The notes beneath the pieces are model-generated. The model was not told where the DNA came from. It saw only the letters and a list, made by a program, of their open reading frames with translations, and searched no databases. 32,000 bases of DNA from Mycobacterium tuberculosis H37Rv (GTDB taxonomy: Bacteria > Actinomycetota > Actinomycetes > Mycobacteriales > Mycobacteriaceae): the NCBI RefSeq assembly GCF_000195955.2, contig NC_000962.3, forward strand, positions 3,960,001-3,992,000, given 5' to 3'. Of the stretch, positions 7,039-17,061 are shown piece after piece; position 1 is the first letter of the stretch; each line of letters opens with the position of its first letter. Made by a program: the position numbers and the translations under genes.

Positions 7039-7820
7039 TACGTGTGGTACTCCCCGCAATTGACGTCCAGGGTCTGCCCGGTGATGCCGCTGGCCAGGTC
7101 GCTGGCCAGGAAAAGAATCGCTGAGGCCACCTCGTCTTCGGTTGGCAGCCGTTTGAGATCGGAGTTTGCCGCGGTCGCCTGATAGATCTGATCCACGGTA
7201 GTGCCGTATTTGCCGGCCTGATGGTCGAAATAGCTTTTCAGCGTGTCACCCCAGATATAGCCGGGTGCAACGGAATTGACGCGAATTCCCTGCTCGCCCA
7301 GTTCCGTGGCCAGCGAATGCGACATAGCTAGCAGTACGGACTTGGCCATCTTGTAGGTGCCGTATTTCGGCTGCGAGTGCCGGATCACCATGGAGTTGAC
7401 GTTGACGATCGCGCCGTGAGACTGCGCCAGCGCGGGCGTAAACGCCTGGATGAGTCGTAGCGTCCCCAGCGCGCTGAGCTCTATCGCGTCACGGATGTGC
7501 TCAAATGTGGTGCCGGCCAATGGTTTCATCGATGGCACCCGGAACGCGTTGTTGATCAGCACGTCGGCCTTGCCGTACGCCGCCAGCGTGGCCTGCACAA
7601 GGTTGCTTACGTCGTCGTCGTCGGTGATGTCGGTGCGCACCGCCACCGCCCGTCGCCCGGTGTCGATGATCTGCTTGGCGACGTCGTCGAGACGCTCCGC
7701 GCTGCGCGCAGCCAGCACCAGATCGGCGCCGTCTCGCGCACATCGGTGCGCCAGCGTCGTGCCCAGCCCCGGTCCGACGCCACTGACGACGATCACCTTG
7801 CGCTTGAGCATCCCGGTCAT
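7038..7820 (-). CDS. Short-chain dehydrogenase/reductase (Rv3530c-like, 260 aa)
   Basis: It has the cofactor loop VVSGVGPGLGTTLA and the catalytic YGTYKMAK (YxxxK). The ATG at 7820 forms an ATGA overlap with the Rv3531c stop. The longer ORF start at 7874 would lie inside Rv3531c. Confidence 0.9.
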   Translation of the reverse strand: MTGMLKRKVIVVSGVGPGLGTTLAHRCARDGADLVLAARSAERLDDVAKQIIDTGRRAVAVRTDITDDDDVSNLVQATLAAYGKADVLINNAFRVPSMKPLAGTTFEHIRDAIELSALGTLRLIQAFTPALAQSHGAIVNVNSMVIRHSQPKYGTYKMAKSVLLAMSHSLATELGEQGIRVNSVAPGYIWGDTLKSYFDHQAGKYGTTVDQIYQATAANSDLKRLPTEDEVASAILFLASDLASGITGQTLDVNCGEYHT

Positions 7821-8944
7821 CCCAGCATCCTGGTCGCGATTTGCCGTTGACGCAACGCAATTCGCGCCCGCCAATCATCCTCGGAAATCTTGTTGTGCTG
7901 GTAATGCGGCAGTGCCGCCGGGATGGCGTCGAAGTCGACCAGTTCGACGGTGGGCCCATCGGCCTCGGTGAGCTCACGGGATACCCGCTGCCAGCGGAAC
8001 TGCAGAAACCCGCGCCGATGGCCGAGCGTTTCCACCCAGTTGGTCACACCCGGATTCTGCTCGGCGACCACGATGCGCACCTTGCCATCCGGGTCCGCTT
8101 GGGCCTGGCTGGCATTCAACGAGGTCTGATGATTGATATAGTCCAGCGAGATGTACCACATGCTGCCCAACTGAAACCCTAAGTAGGGGGCGTCGCTCAC
8201 CGGCACCGTGATCACCAGCGCTTGACCCGGCCGCAGCTCGAAATGACCGGCCGACGAGTATTGGGTGGCCAGGCCACCGGGAGTCAACCGAGGCGCCACC
8301 ATGGTGTTAACCGGGATATTGAGGTAGAACCACTGGGGAAACTGTAACCAGGTTTTCACCCGGTTCACAAGCTGGGATCCCGCTGTGGCATAACGCTTTT
8401 CCATGAGCTCGCGAGTCAGCGGCGGCGGCGCGGTGCCGACGGTGTCCAGCCTGGCGATGGCCAGCGTGCCGCGCTGTTGTGACCAATCGCCGTACACCTC
8501 CCGGATCACTAGTTGCCCGGGAGCGCTGGGCCGCAACCGCCATTCGAAGCTGCCGTCCGCGGCGATGTCGAGCTCACGGTCGTCGAACGCGGCCTGGCTG
8601 GCCGGCACGTTATAGTCGGTGTACTCGCCGCCGAGCAGCTGAAAGCTCAGGTCGGTGGTGGTGCCGCGCCGTCCGCTGACCACATAGTCGCGGTTGGCCT
8701 GCAGCCGGGTGCCGAAGTAGAGGGTGTCGGGGTTGTCCAGGCCCATCTTCGTGAACGGCCCTGTTCCGGACTGCAGGAACGGGTGGTCACGCTCGTAGTC
8801 GAAGGCCAGGTGCATGCAGCCCGCGATGCAGCCGGCCAGGTATTGCAGCCCTTCGAGCAGGTCGGCTTCAGTCTCGATGTGCGGGGCGGCGGCTACCAGC
8901 TGCTCGGCTTCTGCGATCGCCTCGCGCAGCGGGTCGGAGTACAC
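7817..8944 (-). CDS. Conserved hypothetical protein (Rv3531c-like, 375 aa); possibly DUF1214-type (unverified recollection)
   Basis: This is a full ORF with a GTG start at 8944. It is the first gene of a three-gene overlapping set. A KstR operator and a TANNNT box lie immediately upstream. An MGLDNPDTLYF motif is present. Confidence 0.88.
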   Translation of the reverse strand: MYSDPLREAIAEAEQLVAAAPHIETEADLLEGLQYLAGCIAGCMHLAFDYERDHPFLQSGTGPFTKMGLDNPDTLYFGTRLQANRDYVVSGRRGTTTDLSFQLLGGEYTDYNVPASQAAFDDRELDIAADGSFEWRLRPSAPGQLVIREVYGDWSQQRGTLAIARLDTVGTAPPPLTRELMEKRYATAGSQLVNRVKTWLQFPQWFYLNIPVNTMVAPRLTPGGLATQYSSAGHFELRPGQALVITVPVSDAPYLGFQLGSMWYISLDYINHQTSLNASQAQADPDGKVRIVVAEQNPGVTNWVETLGHRRGFLQFRWQRVSRELTEADGPTVELVDFDAIPAALPHYQHNKISEDDWRARIALRQRQIATRMLG

Positions 8945-8955
8945 GACTTCGACAC

Positions 8956-8969
8956 TAGAACGTGTTCCT
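8956..8969. promoter_or_regulatory. KstR-type operator, TAGAACGTGTTCCT, upstream of Rv3531c
   Basis: The site matches TnnAACnnGTTnnA except at the last position (T instead of A). It lies 12 nt upstream of the Rv3531c GTG. Confidence 0.72.
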
Positions 8970-9342
8970 GTTTTGCGTCAATGGCGAACATCTGCCCCCG
9001 TCATTTACGGCAATTGAAGACAAAGCCCGCTCGCTTCCAGAGCCCTGCGCACGAGCTACCCATTATTGATCTAGCTTATTGTTGCGTTATACGACAGTCT
9101 GAGCAGTATATTGTCCGCTATATGTGTATTCGTAGCGGCGTGGATTGACGCGAGGCTGGTCGAGACCCGGTCCGTGAGATGCGCCGGAAAGGGTGTCGCG
9201 ATGCGGAACTCTACTGACCGTCCAGCGGCGGCTAACGAAGTCTGCATCCGCGACAGCCACCCAATGACGCGCCTGCCGTTGCGATCTCAGCACTGACGGC
9301 AGCCCGGCCTATCCGCGACCAGCTAGGGAAAGGCATTCGCAG

Positions 9343-10563
9343 ATGTTCATGGATTTCGCGATGCTTCCGCCGGAAGTCAACTCGACACGGATGTATAGCG
9401 GGCCGGGAGCGGGCTCGTTGTGGGCCGCCGCCGCCGCCTGGGATCAGGTGTCGGCGGAATTGCAGTCGGCGGCGGAGACCTACCGCTCGGTGATCGCCAG
9501 CCTCACCGGCTGGCAATGGCTGGGTCCATCGTCTGTGAGGATGGGTGCGGCGGTCACCCCGTATGTTGAGTGGCTGACCACCACCGCCGCGCAGGCAAGG
9601 CAGACGGCCACCCAGATCACCGCGGCCGCGACCGGATTTGAGCAGGCGTTCGCCATGACGGTGCCGCCACCGGCAATCATGGCCAACCGTGCACAGGTGC
9701 TATCGCTGATAGCGACCAACTTTTTCGGCCAGAACACCGCGGCGATTGCGGCCCTGGAGACCCAGTACGCCGAGATGTGGGAACAGGACGCCACCGCCAT
9801 GTACGACTACGCGGCCACCTCGGCGGCAGCGCGGACTTTGACACCATTTACCTCCCCGCAGCAAGACACCAACTCAGCCGGTCTGCCGGCGCAAAGCGCC
9901 GAAGTCAGCCGCGCGACCGCCAACGCCGGCGCCGCCGACGGCAACTGGCTGGGAAACCTCCTGGAAGAAATCGGAATACTGCTGCTGCCGATCGCGCCCG
10001 AGCTGACACCCTTTTTCCTGGAGGCGGGCGAAATCGTCAATGCGATACCTTTCCCGAGCATCGTCGGGGACGAGTTCTGTTTGCTCGACGGCCTACTGGC
10101 TTGGTACGCAACGATCGGCTCGATCAACAACATCAATTCGATGGGTACCGGCATCATTGGGGCCGAGAAGAATTTGGGGATCTTGCCCGAGCTAGGGAGC
10201 GCGGCTGCGGCGGCCGCTCCCCCACCAGCCGACATCGCCCCGGCGTTCCTCGCGCCGCTGACCAGCATGGCCAAGTCACTATCGGACGGAGCACTACGCG
10301 GCCCGGGCGAAGTTTCGGCCGCGATGCGCGGCGCGGGTACCATCGGGCAAATGTCGGTGCCGCCCGCCTGGAAGGCGCCCGCGGTCACCACCGTCAGGGC
10401 GTTCGATGCCACCCCAATGACCACACTGCCCGGCGGCGACGCCCCCGCCGCTGGAGTGCCTGGACTGCCCGGGATGCCAGCCTCGGGGGCCGGACGGGCT
10501 GGCGTGGTGCCCCGATACGGCGTACGGCTGACCGTGATGACACGTCCACTCTCGGGCGGGTGA
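9343..10563 (+). CDS. PPE61: PPE family protein, SVP subfamily (PPE61/Rv3532-like, 406 aa)
   Basis: The N-terminus is [26 protein letters not shown], a PPE motif, followed by a ~180-aa PPE domain. The C-terminus carries [10 protein letters not shown] (the GxxSVPxxW signature). Confidence 0.93.
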   Translation: MFMDFAMLPPEVNSTRMYSGPGAGSLWAAAAAWDQVSAELQSAAETYRSVIASLTGWQWLGPSSVRMGAAVTPYVEWLTTTAAQARQTATQITAAATGFEQAFAMTVPPPAIMANRAQVLSLIATNFFGQNTAAIAALETQYAEMWEQDATAMYDYAATSAAARTLTPFTSPQQDTNSAGLPAQSAEVSRATANAGAADGNWLGNLLEEIGILLLPIAPELTPFFLEAGEIVNAIPFPSIVGDEFCLLDGLLAWYATIGSINNINSMGTGIIGAEKNLGILPELGSAAAAAAPPPADIAPAFLAPLTSMAKSLSDGALRGPGEVSAAMRGAGTIGQMSVPPAWKAPAVTTVRAFDATPMTTLPGGDAPAAGVPGLPGMPASGAGRAGVVPRYGVRLTVMTRPLSGG

Positions 10564-10704
10564 CATCAGTGCGTGATGGCGGCGCACCTTGACCGTCGCG
10601 CATTGCGCTTCCAACACCAACGAACTGGGACTGCAGTAGTAGCGCAACCGCGCTTGGAGCGGGTCCCCACCGGTTATGGCATTCGATACCGCACCAAAGC
10701 GAAA

Positions 10705-12453
10705 TCAGTTCCCGAACCCCGACCGCTGGTTCTCGCTGTTGAAGCCGCCCGAGTTGTGGACGCCCGAGTTGAAGAATCCGGAGTTTAAGACGCCCGAGTT
10801 TGCGATACCCACCGTTTGGGCGCCGGTGTTTCCGAAACCCGCCGCGATGACGGTGCCGACCGCGTTTTGCAGGCCCGAGTTGTTGCTGCCCCCGTTCTGG
10901 AACCCCGAGCTGCCAACGCCCGTGTTGAAGAAGCCCGAGTTGTTCGTGCCGGCGTTGCCGAAACCCGAGTTCGGGCCGGAGCCGGTGCCGACGGCGCCGA
11001 ACCCGGTGTTGAGCGAACCCGCGTTGAAGGCGCCGGTGTTAGTGAGGCCCGAGTTTGACCAGCCGGTATTTCTGACGCCGGCGTTGAAATCACCGGTATT
11101 GCCTTGTCCGGAATTGAAGTTGCCCGTGTTGATGCTGCCCGCGTTGAAGCTGCCCGCATTCAACTGGCCCGAGTTCCCGAAGCCGAGGTTTATTGCGCCG
11201 CCGTTTCCGAAACCGGTATTCACGCCCCCGGCGTTTCCCATGCCCGTGTTGAGCGAACCCGAGTTCCCGAAACCGGTGTTATGGCCCGCCACGAACGGGC
11301 CCACGGTGGCCCCCGAGTTTCCGATGCCCACATTCGCGTCGCTGGAGTTGCCGATACCCAGGTTGCCGTTGCCGGAGTTGAAGAAACCGACGTTGTTGGT
11401 GCCCGAGTTGAACAAGCCGATGTTTCCGCTGCCCGAGTTCAGCCCACCGATGCCCACCTGGTTGTTGCCGGTGAGCCCGAAGCCGATGTTGCCGTTGCCG
11501 GTGTTGCCGAAACCGATGTTGCCAATGCCGTTGTTGCCGAAGCCCCAGTTGCTGCTGCCGGTGTTCCCGGCGCCGATGTTGCCGCTGCCGGCGTTTCCGG
11601 TGCCGACGTTGTTGTTGCCGGTATTCCCGAACCCGACGTTGGAGTTGCCGGTATTGCCGCTGCCCAGGTTGCTGTTGCCGAGGTTCCCGTTGCCGACGTT
11701 CCCACTGCCTGGAAGTCCCGCCCTCCCGTTGCCGCTGCCGAAGTTGCCGTTGCCGACGTTCCCGCCGCCCACGTTGGAGTTGCCGATGTTGCCGCTGCCC
11801 AGGTTCGCGTCACCCCGGTTCCCGCTGCCCAGGTTGGTGTTACCGATGTTGCCGTTGCCGGTGTTCAGGTCGCCGGTGTTGCCGCCGCCCAGGTTGGCGT
11901 TGCCGATATTGCCGATACCCAGGTTCGGCAGCTGCTGCAGCGCCTGCTGAAAGGGCACCAACTGCTCGGCCGCCGCCGAGGCCCCGGAGTGGTAGCCCAC
12001 CATCGCGGCCACATCCGCGGCCCACATCTGTTCGTAGGCGCCCTCAACGGCCGCAATCAGCGGCGCGTTCAGCCCGAACCAATTCGACATCACCAACTGC
12101 GCAAACGCATTGCGGTTGGCCGCCACCAGCAAAGGGTGCACCGTCGCCGCCCGTGCCGCCTCGAACGCGCTGGCCACCGCCTTGGCCTGGGCCGCCGCCC
12201 CCGCGGCCCGGGCCGCCGCAGCGCTCAACCATCCCGCATACGGTGCCGCCGCCGCCGCCATCGCCGCCGCCGCCGGCCCCTGCCACGCCTGACTTGCCAA
12301 GTCCGAGGTCACCGACCCAAACGAGGACGCCGCGGACCCCAACTCTGCGGCCAGCCCGTCCCAGGCCACCGCCGCCGCCAACATCGGCGCCGAACCTGCA
12401 CCCGTGAACATCCGCAACGAATTAAGCTCCGGCGGCAATACCGCATAGTTCAT
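10705..12453 (-). CDS. PPE62: PPE family protein, MPTR subfamily (PPE62/Rv3533c-like, 582 aa)
   Basis: The N-terminus is [24 protein letters not shown]. It is followed by about 400 aa of NxGxGNxG repeats. Confidence 0.93.
10731..11928 (-). repeat. MPTR (major polymorphic tandem repeat) coding repeats inside PPE62
   Basis: Degenerate 15-bp periodic units encode N-x-G-x-G (for example [32 protein letters not shown]). On the + strand they appear as a recurring GTTGCC/GTTCCC pattern. Confidence 0.9.
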
Positions 12454-12551
12454 GACCCCGTCCCTTCCCGACCTGACAATCAGTCAGAACCGTAGGACAA
12501 ACCGGGTCGGACCATCTGCGTTTCCGTGAAATCCGCGAACCAGCGGTGTCG

Positions 12552-13592
12552 TCAATGCGTTACGGCCGCACCGCTATCCAGCTCGCGTTTGATTTCCAGC
12601 GCGATGTCGATGAGCTGGTCTTCCTGGCCACCGATGAGCTTGCGCTGACCGGCCCGGTGCAACAGCGCCGACGCCGGCACGCCGTAGCGCTCGGCCTGGC
12701 GGACCGCATGCTTGAGGAAGCTGGAGTAGACCCCGGAATACCCCATGATCAACGCGTTGCGGTCGAGCAGACATTCGGCCGGCATGGCCGGGCGCACCAC
12801 GTCCTCGGCGGCGTCGGCAATGTCGAAGAAATCAATGCCGGTCTTGACGCCGATCTTGTCGAACACCCCGATCAGCGCCTCGACCGGCGCGTTACCCGCC
12901 CCGGCGCCGAAACGCCGGCAGGACCCGTCGATCTGCTTGGCGCCCGCGCGCACCGCCGCCACCGAATTGGCCACCCCGAGACCGAGGTTCTCGTGCCCAT
13001 GAAAGCCCACCTGGGCGTCTTCGCCGAGCTCGGCGACCAGGGCCGACACCCGGTCGGCCACGCCGTCGAGCACCAGGGCACCGGCGGAGTCGACGACGTA
13101 GACACACTGGCAGCCGGCGTCGGCCATGATGCGGGCCTGGGCGGCCAGTTTCTCCGGCGCAATGGTGTGGGCCATCATCAAAAACCCGACGGTTTCCAGA
13201 CCCAGTTCGCGGGCCAGCCCGAAATGCTGGATCGACACGTCGGCCTCGGTGCAGTGGGTGGCGATCCGGCAGATCGACCCGCCGTTGTCCCGCGCCTCTT
13301 TGATGTCGTCCTTGGTGCCCACACCGGGCAACATCAAAAACGCGATCCGGGCCTCTTTCGCGGTCGCCGCGGCCAGCTTGATCAGCTCCTGCTCAGGGGT
13401 TTTCGAGAAGCCATAGTTGAACGATGAGCCGCCCAGGCCGTCGCCGTGGGTCACCTCGATCACCGGCACGCCAGCGGCGTCTAGGGCGGCCACGATGGCA
13501 CCGACCTCGTCCTTGGTGAATTGGTGGCGTTTGTGGTGCGACCCATCCCGCAGCGAGGTGTCCGTGATGCGGACGTCCCACATATCGGTCAT
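12552..13592 (-). CDS. hsaF: 4-hydroxy-2-oxovalerate (4-hydroxy-2-oxohexanoate) aldolase HsaF (346 aa)
   Basis: It carries the DRE-TIM aldolase signature [11 protein letters not shown] and a DmpG-like sequence. The start forms an ATGA overlap with the hsaG stop. Confidence 0.95.
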   Translation of the reverse strand: MTDMWDVRITDTSLRDGSHHKRHQFTKDEVGAIVAALDAAGVPVIEVTHGDGLGGSSFNYGFSKTPEQELIKLAAATAKEARIAFLMLPGVGTKDDIKEARDNGGSICRIATHCTEADVSIQHFGLARELGLETVGFLMMAHTIAPEKLAAQARIMADAGCQCVYVVDSAGALVLDGVADRVSALVAELGEDAQVGFHGHENLGLGVANSVAAVRAGAKQIDGSCRRFGAGAGNAPVEALIGVFDKIGVKTGIDFFDIADAAEDVVRPAMPAECLLDRNALIMGYSGVYSSFLKHAVRQAERYGVPASALLHRAGQRKLIGGQEDQLIDIALEIKRELDSGAAVTH

Positions 13593-14500
13593 CGCGCTCC
13601 TCCTACAACCAGCGTCTCCTTGGCGATCTCCTCGCCCACCTTGGTGGCCGCCGCGGTCATGATGTCCAGGTTGCCCGCATAGGGCGGCAGGTAATCCCCG
13701 GCGCCCTCAACCTCGACGAACGTGGTGACCAGCGCCTGCCCGCCCGAGTTGATCGACGGCTCGTCGAACTGCGGTTCGTTGAGCAGCCGGTATCCAGGCA
13801 CGTAGGTCTGCACCTCTTTGACGACGTCGTGGATGGAGGCGGCGATCGCTTCGCGGTCGGCGTCGGTGGGGATGGCGCAAAAGATGGTGTCGCGCATGAT
13901 CATCGGCGGGTCGGCGGGATTCAAGATGATGATCGCCTTGCCGCGGGCGGCCCCGCCGATGGTCTGGACCCCACGGGCGGTGGTCTTGGTGAACTCGTCG
14001 ATGTTGGCGCGCGTGCCCGGTCCCGCTGAAACGGAAGCCACCGACGCCACGATCTCGGCGTAGGGCACCTCCACGATCCGAGACACCGCGTACACGATCG
14101 GAATGGTCGCCTGTCCCCCGCAGGTGATCATGTTGACGTTCGGCGCGTCCAGGTGCTCGCGCAGGTTCGCCGGCGGGATCACCGCCGGACCCACCGCCGC
14201 CGGCGTCAGGTCGATGGCCCGGATCCCGGCCTCGGCGTACTTGGGCGCCGCGTCCCGGTGCACGTAGGCACTGGTTGCCTCGAACACCAGGTCGGGTTTA
14301 TCGGGCTGCGCCAGCAGCCAGTCCACCCCCTCGTGGGTGGTCTCCAAACCCAGCTTGGCCGCGCGCGCCAGGCCATCGCTCTCCGGGTCGATGCCCACCA
14401 TCCAGCGCGGCTCCAGCCACTCCGATCGCAGCAGCTTGTACAGCAGATCGGTGCTGATATTTCCCGACCCGACAATCGCCACTTTTGCCTTGGACGGCAT
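13589..14500 (-). CDS. hsaG: Acylating acetaldehyde/propanal dehydrogenase HsaG (303 aa)
   Basis: An internal ATG at 14500 gives [19 protein letters not shown], an NAD-binding loop. The catalytic Cys sits in [11 protein letters not shown]. The longer ORF reaching 14704 overlaps hsaE and reads as Arg-rich junk. Confidence 0.93.
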   Translation of the reverse strand: MPSKAKVAIVGSGNISTDLLYKLLRSEWLEPRWMVGIDPESDGLARAAKLGLETTHEGVDWLLAQPDKPDLVFEATSAYVHRDAAPKYAEAGIRAIDLTPAAVGPAVIPPANLREHLDAPNVNMITCGGQATIPIVYAVSRIVEVPYAEIVASVASVSAGPGTRANIDEFTKTTARGVQTIGGAARGKAIIILNPADPPMIMRDTIFCAIPTDADREAIAASIHDVVKEVQTYVPGYRLLNEPQFDEPSINSGGQALVTTFVEVEGAGDYLPPYAGNLDIMTAAATKVGEEIAKETLVVGGAR

Positions 14501-14510
14501 GTTGCTCCCC

Positions 14511-15296
14511 TTATTCGAACGACAACCGGACCAAACCCAGCCCGGTGAAGTCGGCGACAAACTCGTCGCCGGCCCGCGCCTCGACCGCGAACGTGCATGA
14601 CCCGGGTAACACGATGTCGCCTTTGCGCAGCCGCACGCCGAAACTCTCGACCTTGCCGGCCAGCCAAGCCACCGCGGTCGCCGGGTTACCCAACACCGCA
14701 TCACTGCGGCCCTCGGCCACCACCTCGCCGTTGCGGGTCAGCTTCGCATCGATCGCCCTGACGTCAAGATCGGCCGGCGGCACCCGGGCCGCGCCCAACA
14801 CGAAGCCCGCCGCCGAGGCGTTGTCGGCGATGGTGTCGCAGATCTTGATCTGCCAATCCTTGATCCTGGTGTCGATCAGCTCGATGGCGGGCACCAGGGC
14901 CTCGGTGGCCGCCAGCACGTCGTCCTCGGTGCAGCCCGCACCCGGTAGGTCGGCGGCCAGGATGAAGCCCACCTCCACCTCAACCCGCGGAGACAGGTAC
15001 CGGGACGCCTGGACCGGCGTGTCTTCGAACACCTGCATGTCGTCGAGCAGGTGTCCGTAGTCTGGTTCGTCAACCCCCATCATCTGCTGCATGATCGGCG
15101 ACGACAGCCCGACCTTATGACCCACCACGCGGGCACCCTCGGCCACCCGCTGCCGGATGTTGATCAACTGGATCTCGTAGGCGTCGACGACATCGATCTC
15201 GGGATGGGCGGCGGTCAGTTGACCGATCGGGTCGCGGCTTCGCTCGGCTTGTGCTAGGTCGGCGGCCAGCTCATCACGGGTGGCATCACGGAGCAT
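14511..15296 (-). CDS. hsaE: 2-hydroxypenta-2,4-dienoate (2-hydroxyhexadienoate) hydratase HsaE (261 aa)
   Basis: The ATG at 15296 gives [18 protein letters not shown]..., an MhpD/BphH-like hydratase. The 558-aa ORF continuation runs antisense through kstD and is rejected. Confidence 0.93.
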   Translation of the reverse strand: MLRDATRDELAADLAQAERSRDPIGQLTAAHPEIDVVDAYEIQLINIRQRVAEGARVVGHKVGLSSPIMQQMMGVDEPDYGHLLDDMQVFEDTPVQASRYLSPRVEVEVGFILAADLPGAGCTEDDVLAATEALVPAIELIDTRIKDWQIKICDTIADNASAAGFVLGAARVPPADLDVRAIDAKLTRNGEVVAEGRSDAVLGNPATAVAWLAGKVESFGVRLRKGDIVLPGSCTFAVEARAGDEFVADFTGLGLVRLSFE

Positions 15297-15353
15297 TCGG
15301 CGAAGTCCCCTCGTAGGCGTGACCGGGCCAGTAGCGCCCGACCCGAGCAATTC

Positions 15354-15367
15354 TATAACGTGTTCTA
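15354..15367. promoter_or_regulatory. KstR operator, TATAACGTGTTCTA, in the hsaE/kstD divergent region
   Basis: It is a full match to TnnAACnnGTTnnA. It ends 1 nt before the kstD ATG (15369) and contains a TANNNT box (TAACGT, 15356-15361). Confidence 0.85.
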
Positions 15368-15368
15368 C

Positions 15369-17060
15369 ATGACTGTGCAGGAGTTCGACGTCGTGGTGGT
15401 CGGCAGCGGCGCCGCCGGCATGGTTGCTGCGCTGGTCGCCGCTCACCGAGGTCTCTCGACGGTAGTCGTCGAGAAGGCCCCGCACTACGGCGGCTCCACC
15501 GCACGCTCGGGCGGCGGCGTCTGGATCCCCAACAACGAGGTCCTCAAGCGCCGCGGCGTTCGAGATACACCGGAGGCGGCACGCACCTATCTGCACGGCA
15601 TCGTCGGCGAAATCGTCGAGCCGGAACGCATCGATGCTTACCTCGACCGCGGGCCCGAGATGCTGTCGTTCGTGCTGAAGCACACGCCGCTGAAGATGTG
15701 CTGGGTACCCGGCTACTCCGACTACTACCCCGAGGCTCCGGGCGGCCGCCCGGGCGGACGTTCGATCGAGCCGAAACCGTTCAACGCGCGCAAGCTTGGT
15801 GCCGACATGGCCGGGCTGGAGCCCGCGTATGGCAAGGTTCCGCTCAATGTGGTTGTGATGCAGCAGGACTACGTTCGCCTCAATCAGCTCAAACGTCACC
15901 CCCGTGGCGTGCTGCGCAGCATGAAGGTCGGCGCCCGCACGATGTGGGCGAAGGCAACAGGTAAGAACCTGGTCGGCATGGGTCGAGCCCTCATTGGGCC
16001 GTTGCGGATCGGGTTGCAGCGCGCCGGAGTGCCGGTCGAACTCAACACCGCCTTCACCGATCTTTTCGTCGAAAATGGCGTCGTGTCCGGGGTATACGTC
16101 CGCGATTCCCACGAGGCGGAATCCGCTGAGCCGCAGCTGATCCGGGCTCGCCGCGGCGTGATCCTGGCCTGTGGTGGTTTCGAGCATAACGAGCAGATGC
16201 GAATCAAGTACCAGCGGGCACCCATCACCACCGAGTGGACCGTGGGCGCCAGCGCCAATACCGGTGACGGCATTCTCGCCGCCGAAAAGCTCGGCGCAGC
16301 ACTGGATCTGATGGATGACGCTTGGTGGGGCCCGACGGTACCGCTGGTCGGCAAACCATGGTTCGCGCTCTCGGAGCGCAACTCTCCCGGTTCGATCATC
16401 GTCAACATGTCAGGCAAGCGATTCATGAACGAATCGATGCCATACGTCGAAGCCTGTCATCATATGTACGGCGGCGAACACGGCCAGGGGCCCGGACCGG
16501 GCGAGAACATTCCGGCGTGGCTGGTGTTCGACCAGCGATACCGGGACCGCTACATCTTCGCGGGACTACAACCAGGGCAACGCATTCCGAGCAGGTGGCT
16601 GGATTCCGGCGTCATCGTCCAGGCCGATACCCTTGCGGAGCTGGCCGGCAAGGCCGGTCTACCCGCGGACGAACTCACTGCCACCGTCCAGCGTTTCAAC
16701 GCATTCGCCCGGTCCGGTGTCGACGAGGACTACCACCGCGGGGAAAGTGCCTACGATCGCTACTACGGCGACCCGAGCAACAAGCCCAATCCGAACCTCG
16801 GCGAGGTCGGCCACCCGCCCTATTATGGCGCCAAGATGGTTCCGGGCGACCTGGGGACCAAGGGCGGTATCCGCACCGATGTCAACGGACGTGCTCTGCG
16901 GGACGACGGCAGCATCATCGACGGCCTTTACGCTGCAGGCAATGTCAGTGCCCCAGTGATGGGACACACCTACCCCGGTCCGGGCGGCACGATAGGCCCG
17001 GCGATGACGTTCGGGTACCTGGCGGCGCTGCACATTGCCGATCAGGCGGGAAAGCGCTGA
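15369..17060 (+). CDS. kstD: 3-ketosteroid delta-1-dehydrogenase KstD (563 aa)
   Basis: The FAD-binding motif is DVVVVGSGAAGMVAA. The sequence is flavoprotein/fumarate-reductase-like. I prefer the ATG at 15369 over the in-frame GTG at 15360, based on the 563-aa length I recall. Confidence 0.93.
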   Translation: MTVQEFDVVVVGSGAAGMVAALVAAHRGLSTVVVEKAPHYGGSTARSGGGVWIPNNEVLKRRGVRDTPEAARTYLHGIVGEIVEPERIDAYLDRGPEMLSFVLKHTPLKMCWVPGYSDYYPEAPGGRPGGRSIEPKPFNARKLGADMAGLEPAYGKVPLNVVVMQQDYVRLNQLKRHPRGVLRSMKVGARTMWAKATGKNLVGMGRALIGPLRIGLQRAGVPVELNTAFTDLFVENGVVSGVYVRDSHEAESAEPQLIRARRGVILACGGFEHNEQMRIKYQRAPITTEWTVGASANTGDGILAAEKLGAALDLMDDAWWGPTVPLVGKPWFALSERNSPGSIIVNMSGKRFMNESMPYVEACHHMYGGEHGQGPGPGENIPAWLVFDQRYRDRYIFAGLQPGQRIPSRWLDSGVIVQADTLAELAGKAGLPADELTATVQRFNAFARSGVDEDYHRGESAYDRYYGDPSNKPNPNLGEVGHPPYYGAKMVPGDLGTKGGIRTDVNGRALRDDGSIIDGLYAAGNVSAPVMGHTYPGPGGTIGPAMTFGYLAALHIADQAGKR

Positions 17061-17061
17061 T

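Noticed and set aside
9087-9296. Small ORFs (61 aa +, 68 aa -) in the PPE61 upstream region
   Set aside because: They have no SD, mutually overlap on opposite strands and show no recognisable features. The region is more plausibly promoter and leader sequence.
10731-11928. Regular short repeats that might suggest a CRISPR array or VNTR
   Set aside because: The repeats are in frame and code for the PPE-MPTR Asn/Gly pentapeptides. There is no repeat-spacer architecture.
10676-11950. 424-aa Pro/Leu-rich ORF on the + strand (PELxxPxF... repeats) and several other long ORFs overlapping PPE62
   Set aside because: These are antisense or alternate-frame shadows of the PPE62 MPTR repeats. Their periodicity mirrors the NxGxGNxG units and the composition is low-complexity. 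PPE62 on the minus strand has a canonical PPE N-terminus.
15297-16187. Upstream continuation of the hsaE ORF (558-aa version) running antisense through kstD
   Set aside because: There is no domain signal in the extension and it would overlap the KstR operator and kstD. The ATG at 15296 gives the expected hydratase length. The same reasoning applies to the long versions of hsaG (to 14704), Rv3548c (to 28509) and Rv3549c (to 29869).
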